Below are positions 1 to 11,829 of a stretch of DNA of 64,000 bases, piece after piece. Numbering within the stretch: position 1 is the stretch's first letter; each line of letters opens with the position of its first letter. The stretch comes from Macrostomum lignano. Lineage: Eukaryota. The notes under the pieces are model-generated. The model was given only the letters and a program-made list of their open reading frames with translations, made no database searches and was not told the DNA's origin. The translations under genes and the position numbers were made by a program. Location: assembly GCA_002269645.1 (NCBI GenBank), contig NIVC01000867.1, positions 1 through 64,000 of the forward strand, given 5' to 3'.

Positions 1-36
1 CAAGTCCTCATGCTTCTCGGGCTATTGCTAAGCCTA

Positions 37-229
37 TGGGCCGTATGCAGAAAGCTCTGTCCAGGTAGTCCGGTCTTGAAAAGCTAGTCTAGACTTGGAT
101 TTGGTATGCAGAAATACAAAGTTAGACCAGTCTACTATAGCAGAACTAGGCTAGCTAGACCATAGACTATAGACTGAACTACCAAGTCCGGACTAGCTAG
201 TCTGGACTAGGCTTTCTGCATACGGCCCA
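37..229. mobile_element. ~190-bp MITE-like inverted-repeat element
   Basis: TGGGCCGTATGCAGAAAGC (37-55) is the exact reverse complement of 211-229. The element is absent from the paralogous segment at about 12256-12340. Confidence 0.65.
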
Positions 230-429
230 AGGACTACTGTAAAACTCAGGACGCGGAACTTAAACTTTGTAGAAATTTTTCCAATGCGCTATGAAAGCAT
301 TCTCTATGGTAAAAAGTCTAACTAATTAGCATAACAATAATTTTCAAGGTTAGCAATATAACTGATCTTAGAATGGTAAAAAGTCATACCAAGTTTAAGT
401 TCTGCGTCCTGAGTTTTCTGTACTCCTTG
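228..429. mobile_element. ~200-bp P-type MITE (CAAGGACTAC termini)
   Basis: CAAGGACTACTGTAAAACTCAGGACGCGGAACTTAAACTT pairs with AAGTTTAAGTTCTGCGTCCTGAGTTTTCTGTACTCCTTG. Same terminal motif as the P element at 19430-31981. Absent from the paralogous locus near 12330. Confidence 0.7.
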
Positions 430-1857
430 TCTCGAGAGAGCAAGATTTTTTATTTTTGAGCGTGAACTCAGAACGAGATCAGATGCAGCCATATATGACT
501 GAGGCACAAATATTTCGTAGCACAAGCAAGCTGAGGCAAAGCTCCTAATATAAGGTACTTTATTTGATGCATGCGAAACTAAAGTAACGAAACACTGACA
601 TTTCCAGCTCTGCTCCCAAGCACAGCACATGTACAGCTGTAAATAAACTTCAAATATTGTTCTGGTAGATATTCGAATCTATGTATGTAGCAGCTACAAA
701 ATTTGAATTCATAACTAAGTTTGGCACTGCTTTACTGTACCCATTTAGTCTACAAGATTAATAGATTTCAAGTATATTTAATGTATAAGCTCTAAGTCAC
801 AAGGTTAAATATGCAAATTTTTAAACGAAAGAATTAAAATACCAACCGTTAATGCTATTAACAAAAGTTAATATCATGATGCATATAGTGCTGCATACAT
901 CCTGACGGATAGAAATTTTAAATTGCAGGAACTTTTCCTTCTTTAAGGTAATTCTCACGGATTGAGTTTTTCTTTTCCCAGCTGCAACTGCTTGCTAGCA
1001 ATTTTTCATGAAGGGCCTGGATTTGCCTTACCCTCTTGTCTCAAGCACTTCACCCGCTCAGCTAGTTGAAAGGGCCGCATCTTTGGCGATGTAAGGCTGC
1101 TATTTTGACATTGCAATGGGTTTTGGTATATAAAGCTTAGCTCATTGGCTCACTTGTTTACTACAAAATAAGGGCATTTTCCATTAAAGTTACATTGGTG
1201 TCGTTGAATACCTGCTGTAAATTTATACTGGATGAGCCGTAAAATATTCTGTTCGGAAATGTTCGGGAAAATTGTAGTAATAGCAAATCAATTACATAAA
1301 ATATAGTTTCATTATTTCACTGAAATAAAGGAGAAGTGCATTTATATTATGAATTTTGTATCTGATTTGTTTAAAGATATTTTATTGCGCTATGGAACGT
1401 TCTAGAATTTTGCGGAAAAGTTAAAGTACGCTAATGGAATGTACGGTAATGGAAGTTAAATTTTCAAAGGTCATCACTGATTACCGGTCATGTACGATCA
1501 TTACAAATCCATCATCATCATTATATTAATGTGTCAGATACAATTTATGTGTAGAAGTTACGATACAGTTTCAGACAATAGTACACGTGACTATAAAAGC
1601 TGTTATGGATGGTTAAATTACTCACAATCCGTTGCAAAATATAACGATCAAAGACGGTCAACACTACTGCTTTAGTTTAGTATGGAGAAATGAGTCAATA
1701 AAACAAATTCTTAACAGGCAAAAGGTTTTAGGAAGTTGGTAAAAGTAGATTTCATATGTACATGGATTAATTTCGAAGCCTCTCTTTCAATATGAACACG
1801 TTTGAACAAGAATCAACGGACAAACTCTTGGATCGAGCAAAAATAGTAGCGCAGTCA

Positions 1858-2970
1858 TCACCTGTTTGGGTGAGCGGCCAGCAGACGCAGAACTACTCGG
1901 TCCTGCTCTCTACCAACATTTCCGCTGCAGAACGAGCCGCCGCACCGGCCTGACCGCCACACAGACCGACTCCCCACCGTGTAACCGCCGCATCTGCCAC
2001 CACCGCCGAACCAGAGCCGCGAATCCTCCACCACCGCCTCCACCGAAACCGCAATCGCTAGATCCTGTAGAATCCTCACCACGCCTCCACCAAACGCAAT
2101 CGCTAGATCTGTGCGAATCCTCCACCACCGCCTCCACCGAAACCGCAATCGCTAGAGCCTGTGCCGAATCCTCCACCACCGCCTCCACCGAAACCGCAAT
2201 CGCTAGAGCCTGTGCCGAATCCTCCACCACCGCCTCCACCGAAACCGCAATGCTAGAGCCTGTGCCGAATCCTCCACCACCGCCTCCACCGAAACCGCAA
2301 TCGCTAGAGCCTGTGCCGAATCCTCCACCACCGCCTCCACCGAAACCGCAATCGCTAGAGCCTGTGCCGAATCCTCCACCACCGCCTCCACCGAAACCGC
2401 AATCGCTAGAGCCTGTGCCGAATCCTCCACCACCGCCTCCACCGAAACCGCAATCGCTAGAGCCTGTGCCGAATCCTCCACCACCGCCTCCACCGAAACC
2501 GCAATCGCTAGAGCCTGTGCCGAATCCTCCACCACCGCCTCCACCGAAACCGCAATCGCTAGAGCCTGTGCCGAATCCTCCACCACCGCCTCCACCGAAA
2601 CCGCAATCGCTAGAGCCTGTGCGAATCCTCCACCACCGCCTCCACCGAAACCGCAATTGCTAAGCAATCCAGCAACACTTTCGCCTCGGTCGCCATCGAC
2701 CTGACCCCGCCTCGGATGCACAGCATCAAGAAACTTATGAGGGGAGCTATTTGGATTGTTGAAGACCTCCAAGATCTCCATTTCTGGTTGAAGTGGAGCA
2801 ACTAAGGAGTCCAGTTTAATTTCTTCCATTATTTTCTATACGTTGCCTGGCTTTCCTGAATATAACAATACATAAAAAATATAAGATAGAATTTATCGTG
2901 ATTATTCCAAGACGATGGCAAAGACTCCACCGCCACCTGCGGTCCTCCATTGCCAGCTATGAAAATTGTA
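1858..2970 (-). pseudogene. Degenerate 3' part of a PAN/Gly-rich (ALK/LTK-ectodomain-like) family gene with an expanded minisatellite
   Basis: Minus strand gives VDGDRGES..NCGFGGGGGGG and GGGRCGGY..GGSFCSG..VVLRLL*, matching the family last exon (DGDRGG, GGFGGGGG, GGGY, GGSFCGG). Frameshifted, and no signal or PAN exons were found upstream. Confidence 0.6.
2021..2657 (-). repeat. 51-bp minisatellite, about 12.5 copies (GFGGGGGGGFGTGSSDC units)
   Basis: Unit GAATCCTCCACCACCGCCTCCACCGAAACCGCAATCGCTAGAGCCTGTGCC is repeated in tandem. A few units lack 1-5 nt. Confidence 0.95.
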
Positions 2971-3346
2971 AGAGTGTCCAAATTGGACTTTTGACATTCT
3001 CTTCAATTAGCAATCGAAAAATTCTGTTATTCAAGTGGAAAGCTATTATTCAAGTTTTAGCAGAAATCATCGTCACAGTGTTTGCTATCAGATATTTTTC
3101 TCTCTTCTTCTCTTTTTCAAATCGCAATCGTTTAAATCTAAATTACCATAATTGGGTGCCATGGTGCTACTACATGTAAATGCGGTCATTATATAATCCT
3201 AAACAATATTCCATTTTGTAATTTCCTGCATCTGCATTTGTGCAATAGCTAGGCCTCATTTACTGTTTTTTAAAAAGATATTCTGATGGCTTCGTTACAG
3301 ATTTATCTGATGGATATTCAGCCTTTAGCTACACATGCAAGCATGC

Positions 3347-3953
3347 AGGAAGTTTTCATTTTTTCAGCACAAAAATTGTTATTGCGTTTGATAGGAGGCA
3401 GATCTAGTGTTCATCTTTTGATATGTTGTGCCTTTTTTATTGCTCAATCGATATTCATAAAGCTTTTCGTTCAGAAAATTAGGATTCTATGTTAATTTTT
3501 TATTCTACGTATATTTTCGCGTGTCTTGTGCTTGAAATACATTAGAATGCCACGGCTCGGCTCTTTGGTTTCATGAGTCTATTTTATCATTCTTACCCGA
3601 CTGTGTAGCAAATATTTGTAACAGAGATGATAAAATAGGTTCATAAAACCAAATATTGGAGCTGTGTCATGCATTTTTGTGATTTTTAGATACAGGAAAT
3701 ATACGTAGAATAAAAATTAACATAGAATCCTAATTTTCTGAACGAAAAGCTTTATAAATATCGATAGAGCAATAAAAAGGCATAACATATCAAAAGATGA
3801 ACTTTGGATCTGCCTCCTATCAAACGAAATAACAATTTTTGTGCTGAAAAAATGAAAACTTCCTATCTCCGTAGTGTATTTTTTCGGGAAAAAGTGCCTT
3901 CAAAACTTTTCTAAGAAACGAGGTTTCCCGCCCTTCTACTTAAGTCGTCCTTG
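3347..3953. mobile_element. P-type foldback MITE, left end truncated
   Basis: 3347-~3600 is an imperfect inverted repeat of ~3610-3864. The right end is CTACTTAAGTCGTCCTTG (reverse complement of CAAGGAC.ACTTAAGTAG). Related to 16940-17472. Confidence 0.75.
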
Positions 3954-4326
3954 ACAACATCACGCACAACGCACACCGCACCCCCCCCCACCAGAGGGCA
4001 GAGGCACCGGGCCCTATCAGGTAAAACCGATTACAGAGCCAGTAAAACCGGCCCTAAAATCGCATCATAAAATATTTCATAAAGGTTTTTGCATTTACCT
4101 GTAAAATGTTTAGCAATTTTCTCCGGAACTGGGCATATATATGTTTGGATCTGGATATCAAAAGATGAGTTCGATTGACTCTCAAATCAACTTTGTGACG
4201 CGAAAAACAAATTTGCTTTATTTACTGCTGAAAATTTCATATTATGAGACAGTCCAGTGCTGAATTCCTTTCGTCACATCACTGATCTAGTTGTCAATAA
4301 AATCACAGAGCATCAATAATTCGCAG

Positions 4327-4644
4327 GTACAACAGCTACGACGGCGATCGAGGCGGTAGTCAAACCGACAGCTGGGCTGGAGGCAGCGCCGGTGGCAGCA
4401 GCATCGCCTGCGGCGGCTTCGGCGGTGGAGGAGGTGCTGGTACGGCCTTCAGCTCTTTCGTTGGCGCAGCCGGAGCTGGCGGCGGTTACAGCGGCGGCGG
4501 AGCCGGTATCTACGGCAACCATTGCGGAGGCGGCGGCGGCTCATTCTGCGGCGGCAGCGGCTGCACCGGCAGTGCTGGCGCAACACGGCCAGCAAGCACG
4601 GCTCTGTGCTGCTGAGTCTGGTGAATCTTGGCTCGTGTCCTTGA
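4327..4644 (+). pseudogene. Orphan last exon of a PAN/Gly-rich family gene (near-identical to 32929-33247), 1-bp deletion
   Basis: TCGCAG acceptor, then YNSYDGDRGGSQTDSWAGG...GGSFCGGSGCTG. GCTGGCG-CAAC versus GCTGGCGGCAAC in the 33k copy shifts the frame to a stop at 4613-4615. No upstream exons found. Confidence 0.75.
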
Positions 4645-5472
4645 GACCAAGGAGGCCTCACTTCTCTAACAGCATACTGAACTAATTGAAGCTTGCTTGC
4701 AAAAAGGAGCAGTTGTTCTTTGTTCGTTTGAATTATACAAAAGTCTGAACAAGACAATAATAGTACGAATCTTGCTACAAGTACCTTTCTGTAAAATCCT
4801 TCTTTACAGCATTCCGTATTTGGTGCAATGCTTAATTCTCGTTTCAAGACTTTTTCTTAAACTAAAGCTTAAATTGTTGGAAAAAATGAATCCAAGCTTT
4901 CAGAGGTATGCTTTTATGGCAATATTTGCGTACTTGTTGATTTGATTTGAGCACTCGATAGAGAATTGTAGAGAGCTATTCTAACATCATAACTGAAATG
5001 GTAAACAATAGTTTTAATTTGTTGGCATGCAAAATGGTACTGCCACATTATGTGAGCCTCGTATTGGTGAAGTGCACGTTGGTTCACTTGAATGCCGCCT
5101 GCGAAAGCAATATCCGTCGATGTCTATAAAGGCCTCTTATACTATCACGCTCCAATGCAGACTGTAGCTTGTATGACCAGAAAAAATTGGGTGTAAAGAA
5201 AACGAATTCAAACAGTTTTGTATCGTATATTGAGGGGTTAACTTAACGATAATATAATTGTTCCGCTGATATTTCTACTATAAGTATGGTATAACGTAAA
5301 TGCTAACAGTATTAATATTATTCTTGTCCCCGCCACTTTCATGAAAGTAGGTTGATAAATTATCTGTATAATGTATAATTGAGCACGTGACATCTCTGGC
5401 TCTAAAATATCGATCGTGTAGTTTTTGTAGTGTGACTAAAATATAAATAAAGTGTAGTGATCCGCTAGTTGA

Positions 5473-6439
5473 TGTTAGGCGTCCCACTTTGTCAGCAGTC
5501 TCCCTCGCCCTCGCCCTGGGTTGCTGTCTGCCGCTGGTCAGCTTCCCGCCCCCTTGGCCCGTCTGTTGCTGCCCTTGGCCTGTTCTGCCCTTCTGCGTCT
5601 CTGTTCTCAGCCCTCAGCTTCTCTGCTGTGGGCTGTCTCTGTTTCGTTCCCGTCCCGTTTTCCTCTGTAATGTGAGCAAGTCACATGACAGACTCTGCGT
5701 TCTTCGAGTCCTAAAGTGCAGTAAACATGTTTACTGCACTCGTTGGCCCTGTTTACCGGGAGAATCACGTGCTTTCGGACCCCTCCCTTCTCTAAGGAGA
5801 GGAGTGACTCATGTTGCTAAAATAGCAACTGAGTCACAGCCGCGTGTACTCTGGCTGGAGACCTCAAGTGACGTCAGTTTTAAAAATAGAAAGAGTCACG
5901 AGGTCTTCCGCACGCTTGTACCCTGCCCAAGACTCTCAAGTGACGTCAGTTCTAAAAATAGAACGAGTCACGAGGTCTTGTGCGTGGGTGTTTCCCGGCT
6001 ATAAATAGGAGCCCTCTCCCCCTTGTTTCCGTCAAGGAGTCGTTTTCCCGAGACCGCGAGTTCTGAGTGTCAGCCCATCTGTGTGCGTTAAGTTCTGTTC
6101 TTATTGGTCTGACTGAGTCCCGACTCAAGCGCCCCAAGCCTACGAGGGGCTAACTCAGCCCTCCCTCTACCAACCAAGCCCGGCAGGTACCGCTGACGAG
6201 ACGCCTAGTACGTTGAACTGCAAATCTGCACTTGGTGCTGTGTTCGTTGACTTCGTTATTTCGTTCCGACGGGAAGCTCACCTCACTGAAGGCCGAGACC
6301 TGAAGGAACTGGTGGCAGCACTACCTACGCTAGCTACTAAGAGCTAAGAAGGCTTCCGAGTGAGAAGACGGAGAGCCCAAATCACTGCGCTGTACAGCAG
6401 GAGAAGCACAGGTACAACATTGGTGGCAGCGGTGGGATT
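5473..6439 (+). mobile_element. Ty3/gypsy LTR (5473-6419) + tRNA-Leu PBS, internal region lost
   Basis: TGTTAGG...GGTACAACA termini and a TATAAATA box at about 6000. TGGTGGCAGCGGTGGGATT (6421-6439) is complementary to the 3' end of tRNA-Leu(AAG/TAG type). No gag follows. Confidence 0.8.
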
Positions 6440-8288
6440 CAAAGACCTACCAGGCCACCCCGAGAAAACCCCAAGTACAACAAAAGCAACTGTGCGCTTA
6501 CAACTGGAAGCCCAAGTCTTTGGCTGTACAACACAAAGTACGTGACTATCGCATTCTCGTTTTAGCTCGGAGAATCGATTTCGCCGACATTTTTTGTTTG
6601 ATCGTGAGAAATTTTCTTGATCACTTGGCAACTACGAGCGTAATAGAAACAAAAAGATGCTAACAGAGTCTACATACAGTTGGCCTGGAGAAGCTGCAAG
6701 GGCTTTGCATGGCTTGGATTCTATTAAAGCAGCATTTCACTCTAAAGTGTAAGTCTAAAACAAGGGATGAACGGCTTCAGTGGAACTGCATACATGCATG
6801 TACTTTGCAAGCCCTTTAAGTTTGAAGCATCGCCTCTTCATGGCTCGTACACGTAACTCCTAAACTTCTTCAGTTCGATTTCGTTCTTCAGGACAACTGA
6901 TATCCCGCATGCTGTTCTTTTGCGTGGCCGCTAAATGGATATTTCTCTAAAAAAATTCAGCCATTAATTGCTAGAAGCATAAGCGATCGATTTCCAATTG
7001 TTAAACGGATATTAGTTTTTATGATTCAGAAAAAACTCATTTTTGTTGCTTTTCGCAAGGCAAAATACAGTTGTCAAGTCGAGCAATGTGAGCCAACACT
7101 AAACTACAATTATCAGAAGAACAGCGCAGGAAAAAGTGTTGCCTAGGCATTTGAGAATTAGGTGGAATAATATTCCAGGTCTGAATATTAGCTGTTTAAA
7201 TATAGTATTCCAACAACTGATTACAAGAATACTTCAGAAAAAAAATTTTTAGTTTTTTTATATTTCACGAAGGAATTGCTCTACTTGAATAAATAAGCGA
7301 TGGTATATTTAGAAGCTTAAATAGAAAATTGAATAAATAAATTCAGACAGAATATAACAAACAGTGTACAGACCGATAGATTCTATAAACGTAAAACTAC
7401 AAGTTGTAATCCAAACAATATTCAGGACGGTGACTTTTCGTCAAAATAGGCTCGTATATGCGATTGTATATACGAGTATAACAAATCAATGAATTTTGAC
7501 ACTGTCACACAGTAAAACAAAATGAAACAATATAATTGCTAAACATTGGATAAAACTGCACATTATGCATCCAGTTCAACTAAAAAGTAGGCGTGCAAAT
7601 ACAAAATTCATCTCATAAAGGCCAGAGTTCCGCTTGTAGAAGACTACTCAAATCGATGTAACTACGAGCGTTCATGTAGTTGGCTCAAGGCCAATCGTTC
7701 AATTCATCTGAGCAATCTTCAATCCGCGGAGCTATTTCCGTAACTATATGGTAGAGGGTATTGTGAACTTGAATTAAGATTTTCACGTGTCAAAAAAATG
7801 CTCTGCCTTTTGAAAAAAATAAAACTTTAACCAGAGAGTGCAATAGTAAGTAAACAATCAAAAAAGCTTTAGAGTTGAATTGGTAAGGAAACATGTCGAA
7901 CACTTTCAGATAGAAAATCATATTTGCATGAATTATCGAGATAAGTAGCTACTCTGTGCCTAGAGAGTAGTTCTTCATGGACCTCATGGGGCAGAAATCC
8001 CACGACAAGCTAGCCCCTGTATTTAGAATCATATAGTAAATGTAAGCATTGTGCTAACTTAAACCCACAGATTATCAGTCCGATAGAAATTCAAACACAC
8101 ATCCCCACTTTTAAAGGGAGAAAAAAAGTTTTGTCTAACTACGTACATTCGAAATAATAAACGTTGTATCCAAAAAACAAACAATAGAGCATCCTTAAAA
8201 CCACTGAAACCTCAAAAACGAAAGTAAGTTTTTCCTTTGACCTTCATTTTTTCGCTTGAAAAGATGAGTTGCGTTTCAAAATCGACGG

Positions 8289-11200
8289 CTAAGCGCAGCC
8301 GCTGCCGATCATTTGCAGCAGCACGAAGCCGTGCTCGCTGCCCGTGTTGCCACTCGTTGTGGCCACGCAGCCGTTGCCGCCGCAGAAGGAGCCGCCGCCT
8401 CCTCCGGCGTGGTCGCTGCGAGCCCCAGCTCCGCCGCCGCTGTAGCCTCCGCCGGCTCCTGCCGCTCCTTTGGTGGTGGCCGCGCCTCCGCCTCCGCCAC
8501 CGCCGAAGCCGCCGTCGGCGGGACTCGTGTCTCCGGCTCTGCCGCCGACCCAGCCGTCGGCGCGACTGCCGCCTCTGTCTCCGTATTCGGTGCTTGTGCG
8601 GGCGGCGGTAGGCTTGCCAAGCCAGCCGGCTCCGCAGCCTCCAGGGTTTCTATCGGTAGCCGCAGTGCTTTGGTCGTTGCTGCCCGGCTGTCCGTTAACG
8701 CCTCCGATGCCAGTTTGGGCTGCCTGCAAGCGATGTCGAGTATGTTTTTGAAACCATTTGCTTTCTGTAGAACTGAAGCGGAATGACGCTAAGATTATGC
8801 AGTGAGCCATTAGGATTACTGTTTGGTGTCTCACTCGTCAGCAGTTTCCCTTGTGCTCTTATTTGCAGCCGCTGGGCAGCTTGGCTCAGCCTGCAGCTCT
8901 TGGTTTGCTCTTTGTGCAGCGGCACTAGTGGATGCACTAGTGCCTGGGTGTCTTGTTCTCTTGTCTAGCGGTCATTAGCGGCTTCATTGGTGGGCCGCTT
9001 TCCCCTTGTCATGTGAAGGCTGAGACCCGAAGGGACTGGTAGCAGCACTACACCTACTCTACTAGACGGCTCCAGATTGAAAAGGAACGAAAGCCTTTTA
9101 TCTGTGCCGGCGCAGACTAAGAAGCATGTACAGGTGTAGCTACTTCAATTAAAATCGGAAATCTCTAAATAACTCAACCTGAAAAGTTTCTATGTACGTA
9201 TGTATAAAAATAAACAGCTGCACCAGCTGGGACTGCGACATACAACCGTGCTGTCAAAACAGAACCGTCTGAGAAAGAAGTCTTCACAATACACTAATGC
9301 GATTCGAATAACTTACGTATTCCATAGCATTTCTAAAAAATAGCTGGACAAGCATTTACAGTGTAAATGAAAATCCGGGAAAACACATCGCATACTTATG
9401 CAGGCTTCATTTGCAATTGTGAATTTCGGAAGGTAATTGTCAAATTGTTTTGTTGAAAAGATGTAAAAGTATCTACATAGCTCTATATTGCAGCAAAAAT
9501 CGACTAAAGTGAAATTCAAAGAAGCGCTGTTGCAGTGTCCAATCTGCTTTATTTAGCTAATTACTTGCCATTGCTGAGATGTCAACTGTATTGAATTGCA
9601 GCAAACAATTAATTCGAATCGAACAATCTGTAGAACTTACATCATCAGTCCCGAACGAGTTTGAGCCTCCTGTGCCCGCCTCTCCGGGTCGACCTGAAAT
9701 TCATTTACAGTCAGTTCATTCATTGCAGGGATCGCTCATTCACCCAATCTACTGCAGGAGAAGGTAAGGCTCAGAAATTTCTATAGCTGAACCAACCTTA
9801 AATACGCAGATATCATGTTAACGTTTTCACGAAACCAGAGGTTAACAAGTGGCAGCTGTAATGCAGCTCAAGCCACAACTCTCCACTGTCCCCTCACCAG
9901 CCTAAGCTGTATCACCCACAGCTTTGAGACGAGAACCGCAGGTGTGTTGTGAATTGCGTCACTTAAGACTGAGATCCGAGAATAGTTGACAACTGTTTTC
10001 GGGCTGGAAATTTAACCATGTTGCTGAGTACGAGCGTACCTTAAAGTTTTGCAACAACAAAAACTTTTTAACTTTAAATTGTTTTTTTCAAAGTTGTTAC
10101 GAGCATATACTGCTCACTCTACTTTTCCGAATGTATATATAAGTGCCAACTTTTGCTTTCATAAGAATTTTAGCATGCGATCGTCGTCAATTGAAGACTG
10201 TCTCGGCTAAAGTGTTGTGAAGCAGAAAAAATTCTGCAATATTTCTGGCAGCCTGCACCATCAATGAACTCTGGCCTGTAGATCCATGAAGATTTCACAA
10301 TTTTACAATAGAAATGCGCCAGTAGACTGAGGCATTCTTCAGTGTAGTTTCGTCCCTGGTTCAAGGACTACTTAAAAATATACTTGATAAAAGATACTTA
10401 AGTCGCCATTTCCCTAAACTGTTTACCGGCTTCAGTTTCTTGAAACTTTTCACAAATACATTATTGAATAGCTGCATACGACAATATGGCAAAAGCAACT
10501 ATCAAACGTCTCAGTTAAGATACAATAAAAATCGCATGCTTACCGGAATACCCATACGAGGCGCCGCCGCCGCCGCCAGCGGCCATCAGCAGCTCATTGT
10601 TCGATGTCCGGTACACGAAGCTGCCTCCGCCGCCGCCGCCGCTAGAGTAGCCGCTGCTCTGCGACGGACCTCCGGCCTGGCCGACAACAATCGACAGCTG
10701 AACTCCGACTGACAAACTGACGTTTCCAGCAGCCAGAGCTCCCCTGCCGCCGAGTTCGTCAGGACTGACATACGTGTTGTCGCCGCCCTTGGCACCAGCG
10801 AGTTGGATCCGGTAGCAGCCGGCAATGTCGATGGTCACCAGCTGGACAGAGCCGATTCGACCCGTTCCATTGTCTGAAATCCATGCATGTTTCAATTAGT
10901 TATTGCTGACTCAAATATGCTCATATGGATTGAATTTAAAACGAACATGGGATAGCGCAAATTAGGAACTTGTGGCCAGCTCGAGCCGACTTAAAGAAGA
11001 CGGAAAAAGTGCACCAAGTGTGCGATACTCTATGCAAATTTACATGCGGCTGAACTCTCACTTGTAAACACTCGAGTGACATTTATAATACGAGGCTTCA
11101 TCAGTTCTTCGAAGTTTTCCAGCTTCATCACCACCGCCTCAGCAGTCTCCGAGCCCAGTAGTCTCCATTCGTTGTTTCCAGCAAATCCCGGCTCGCGAGA

Positions 11201-11829
11201 CACCGTCACCAGCTGGCACAGATCGCTGCTCTTCCAGAACACGGCGGCAGAGCAGGATTTCATTCCGCACAGCATGGCGCATGCTTCAACTGAAGTCACT
11301 CCGGAGGCATTCAGGACTTGGCTACTGATGGTCGAGTTGACAACAAGGACGCCGTTGTGTTGCACATAGCGAGTTCGGTTGCAAGCGCCTACATTGCAAC
11401 ATGGAGTGGGGGGGGGGCAAAGTCGTATTCTGCATATCACCTGACCATTGGTAAAACAGTTTCAAGTATAAACTTAGGCAACCCCGAGACGCAAAGATGG
11501 GATTCAAGAGGCCTATAGGATTTCTAGTTATTAGACGCCCTGAGAAGAATAATTTCAAAAGGCAAAAGCAAATGAAGTATCGTTTATCTTTAATCATCGC
11601 CTTCTTAGATATCGTCTCGCTACAAATTAAAAAAGCAAGCCGGATCTGGAAGACTTGCCTCGCCATAGCAGTTCTTATTTATTCAAAGTACTTCTTTGCC
11701 ACGAAAACCTGGATATATTTTGCTGATAAACTATTTTAGAGCAAAAAATCAACTTCATCACACACCTTCGGAGACCATGACGCAGCAGAAACCGATGGCA
11801 AAGAGTAGCAATGTCTTCGACTGACGCAT
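8289..11829 (-). CDS. Secreted PAN/apple + ALK/LTK-like glycine-rich protein (gene B, 402 aa, 5 exons)
   Basis: Exons complement(11766-11829, 11062-11388, 10544-10873, 9641-9693, 8289-8723), all GT-AG, total 1209 nt in frame. Signal MRQSKTLLLFAIGFCCVMVSEG; PAN CAMLCGMKSCSAAVFWKSSDLCQL; GCYRIQLAGAKGG..VVGQAGG..GGGGGSFVY..LMAAGGGGG; GGFGGGGGGG..GGGYSGG..GGSF. Confidence 0.88.
8820..9140 (+). mobile_element. Internally deleted solo LTR related to 5473-6419, in the last intron of gene B
   Basis: Starts TGTTTGGTGTCTCACTCGTCAGCAGT versus TGTTAGGCGTCCCACTTTGTCAGCAGT. Shares GAAGGC.GAGACC.GAAGG.ACTGGT.GCAGCACTAC. Confidence 0.6.

Larger units (their letters stand above)
1..1760 (+). repeat. Diverged segmental duplication of 12250-14420 (non-coding)
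   Basis: Co-linear shared blocks, e.g. TCTCGAGAGAGCAAGA...ACGAGATCAGATGCAGCCATAT (430/12335), CCTGACGG.AGAAATTTTA (901/13586), ATAAAAGCTGTTATGGATGGTTAAATT (1593/14275). Confidence 0.85.

Noticed and set aside
1866-2663. Extensin-like proline-rich ORF (PNPPPPPPPKPQSLEPV)n
   Set aside because: It is the antisense frame of the glycine-rich minisatellite; the opposite strand matches the gene family.
5469-6004. 171-aa Cys/Pro-rich ORF
   Set aside because: It lies within an LTR U3 region with low-complexity CT-rich sequence and has no domain signal.
8237-8786. Ala-, Arg- and Pro-rich ORFs over the glycine-rich exons (also near 4313-4847, 32904-33218, 54076-54603)
   Set aside because: Shadow frames of GC-rich GGC-repeat exons.
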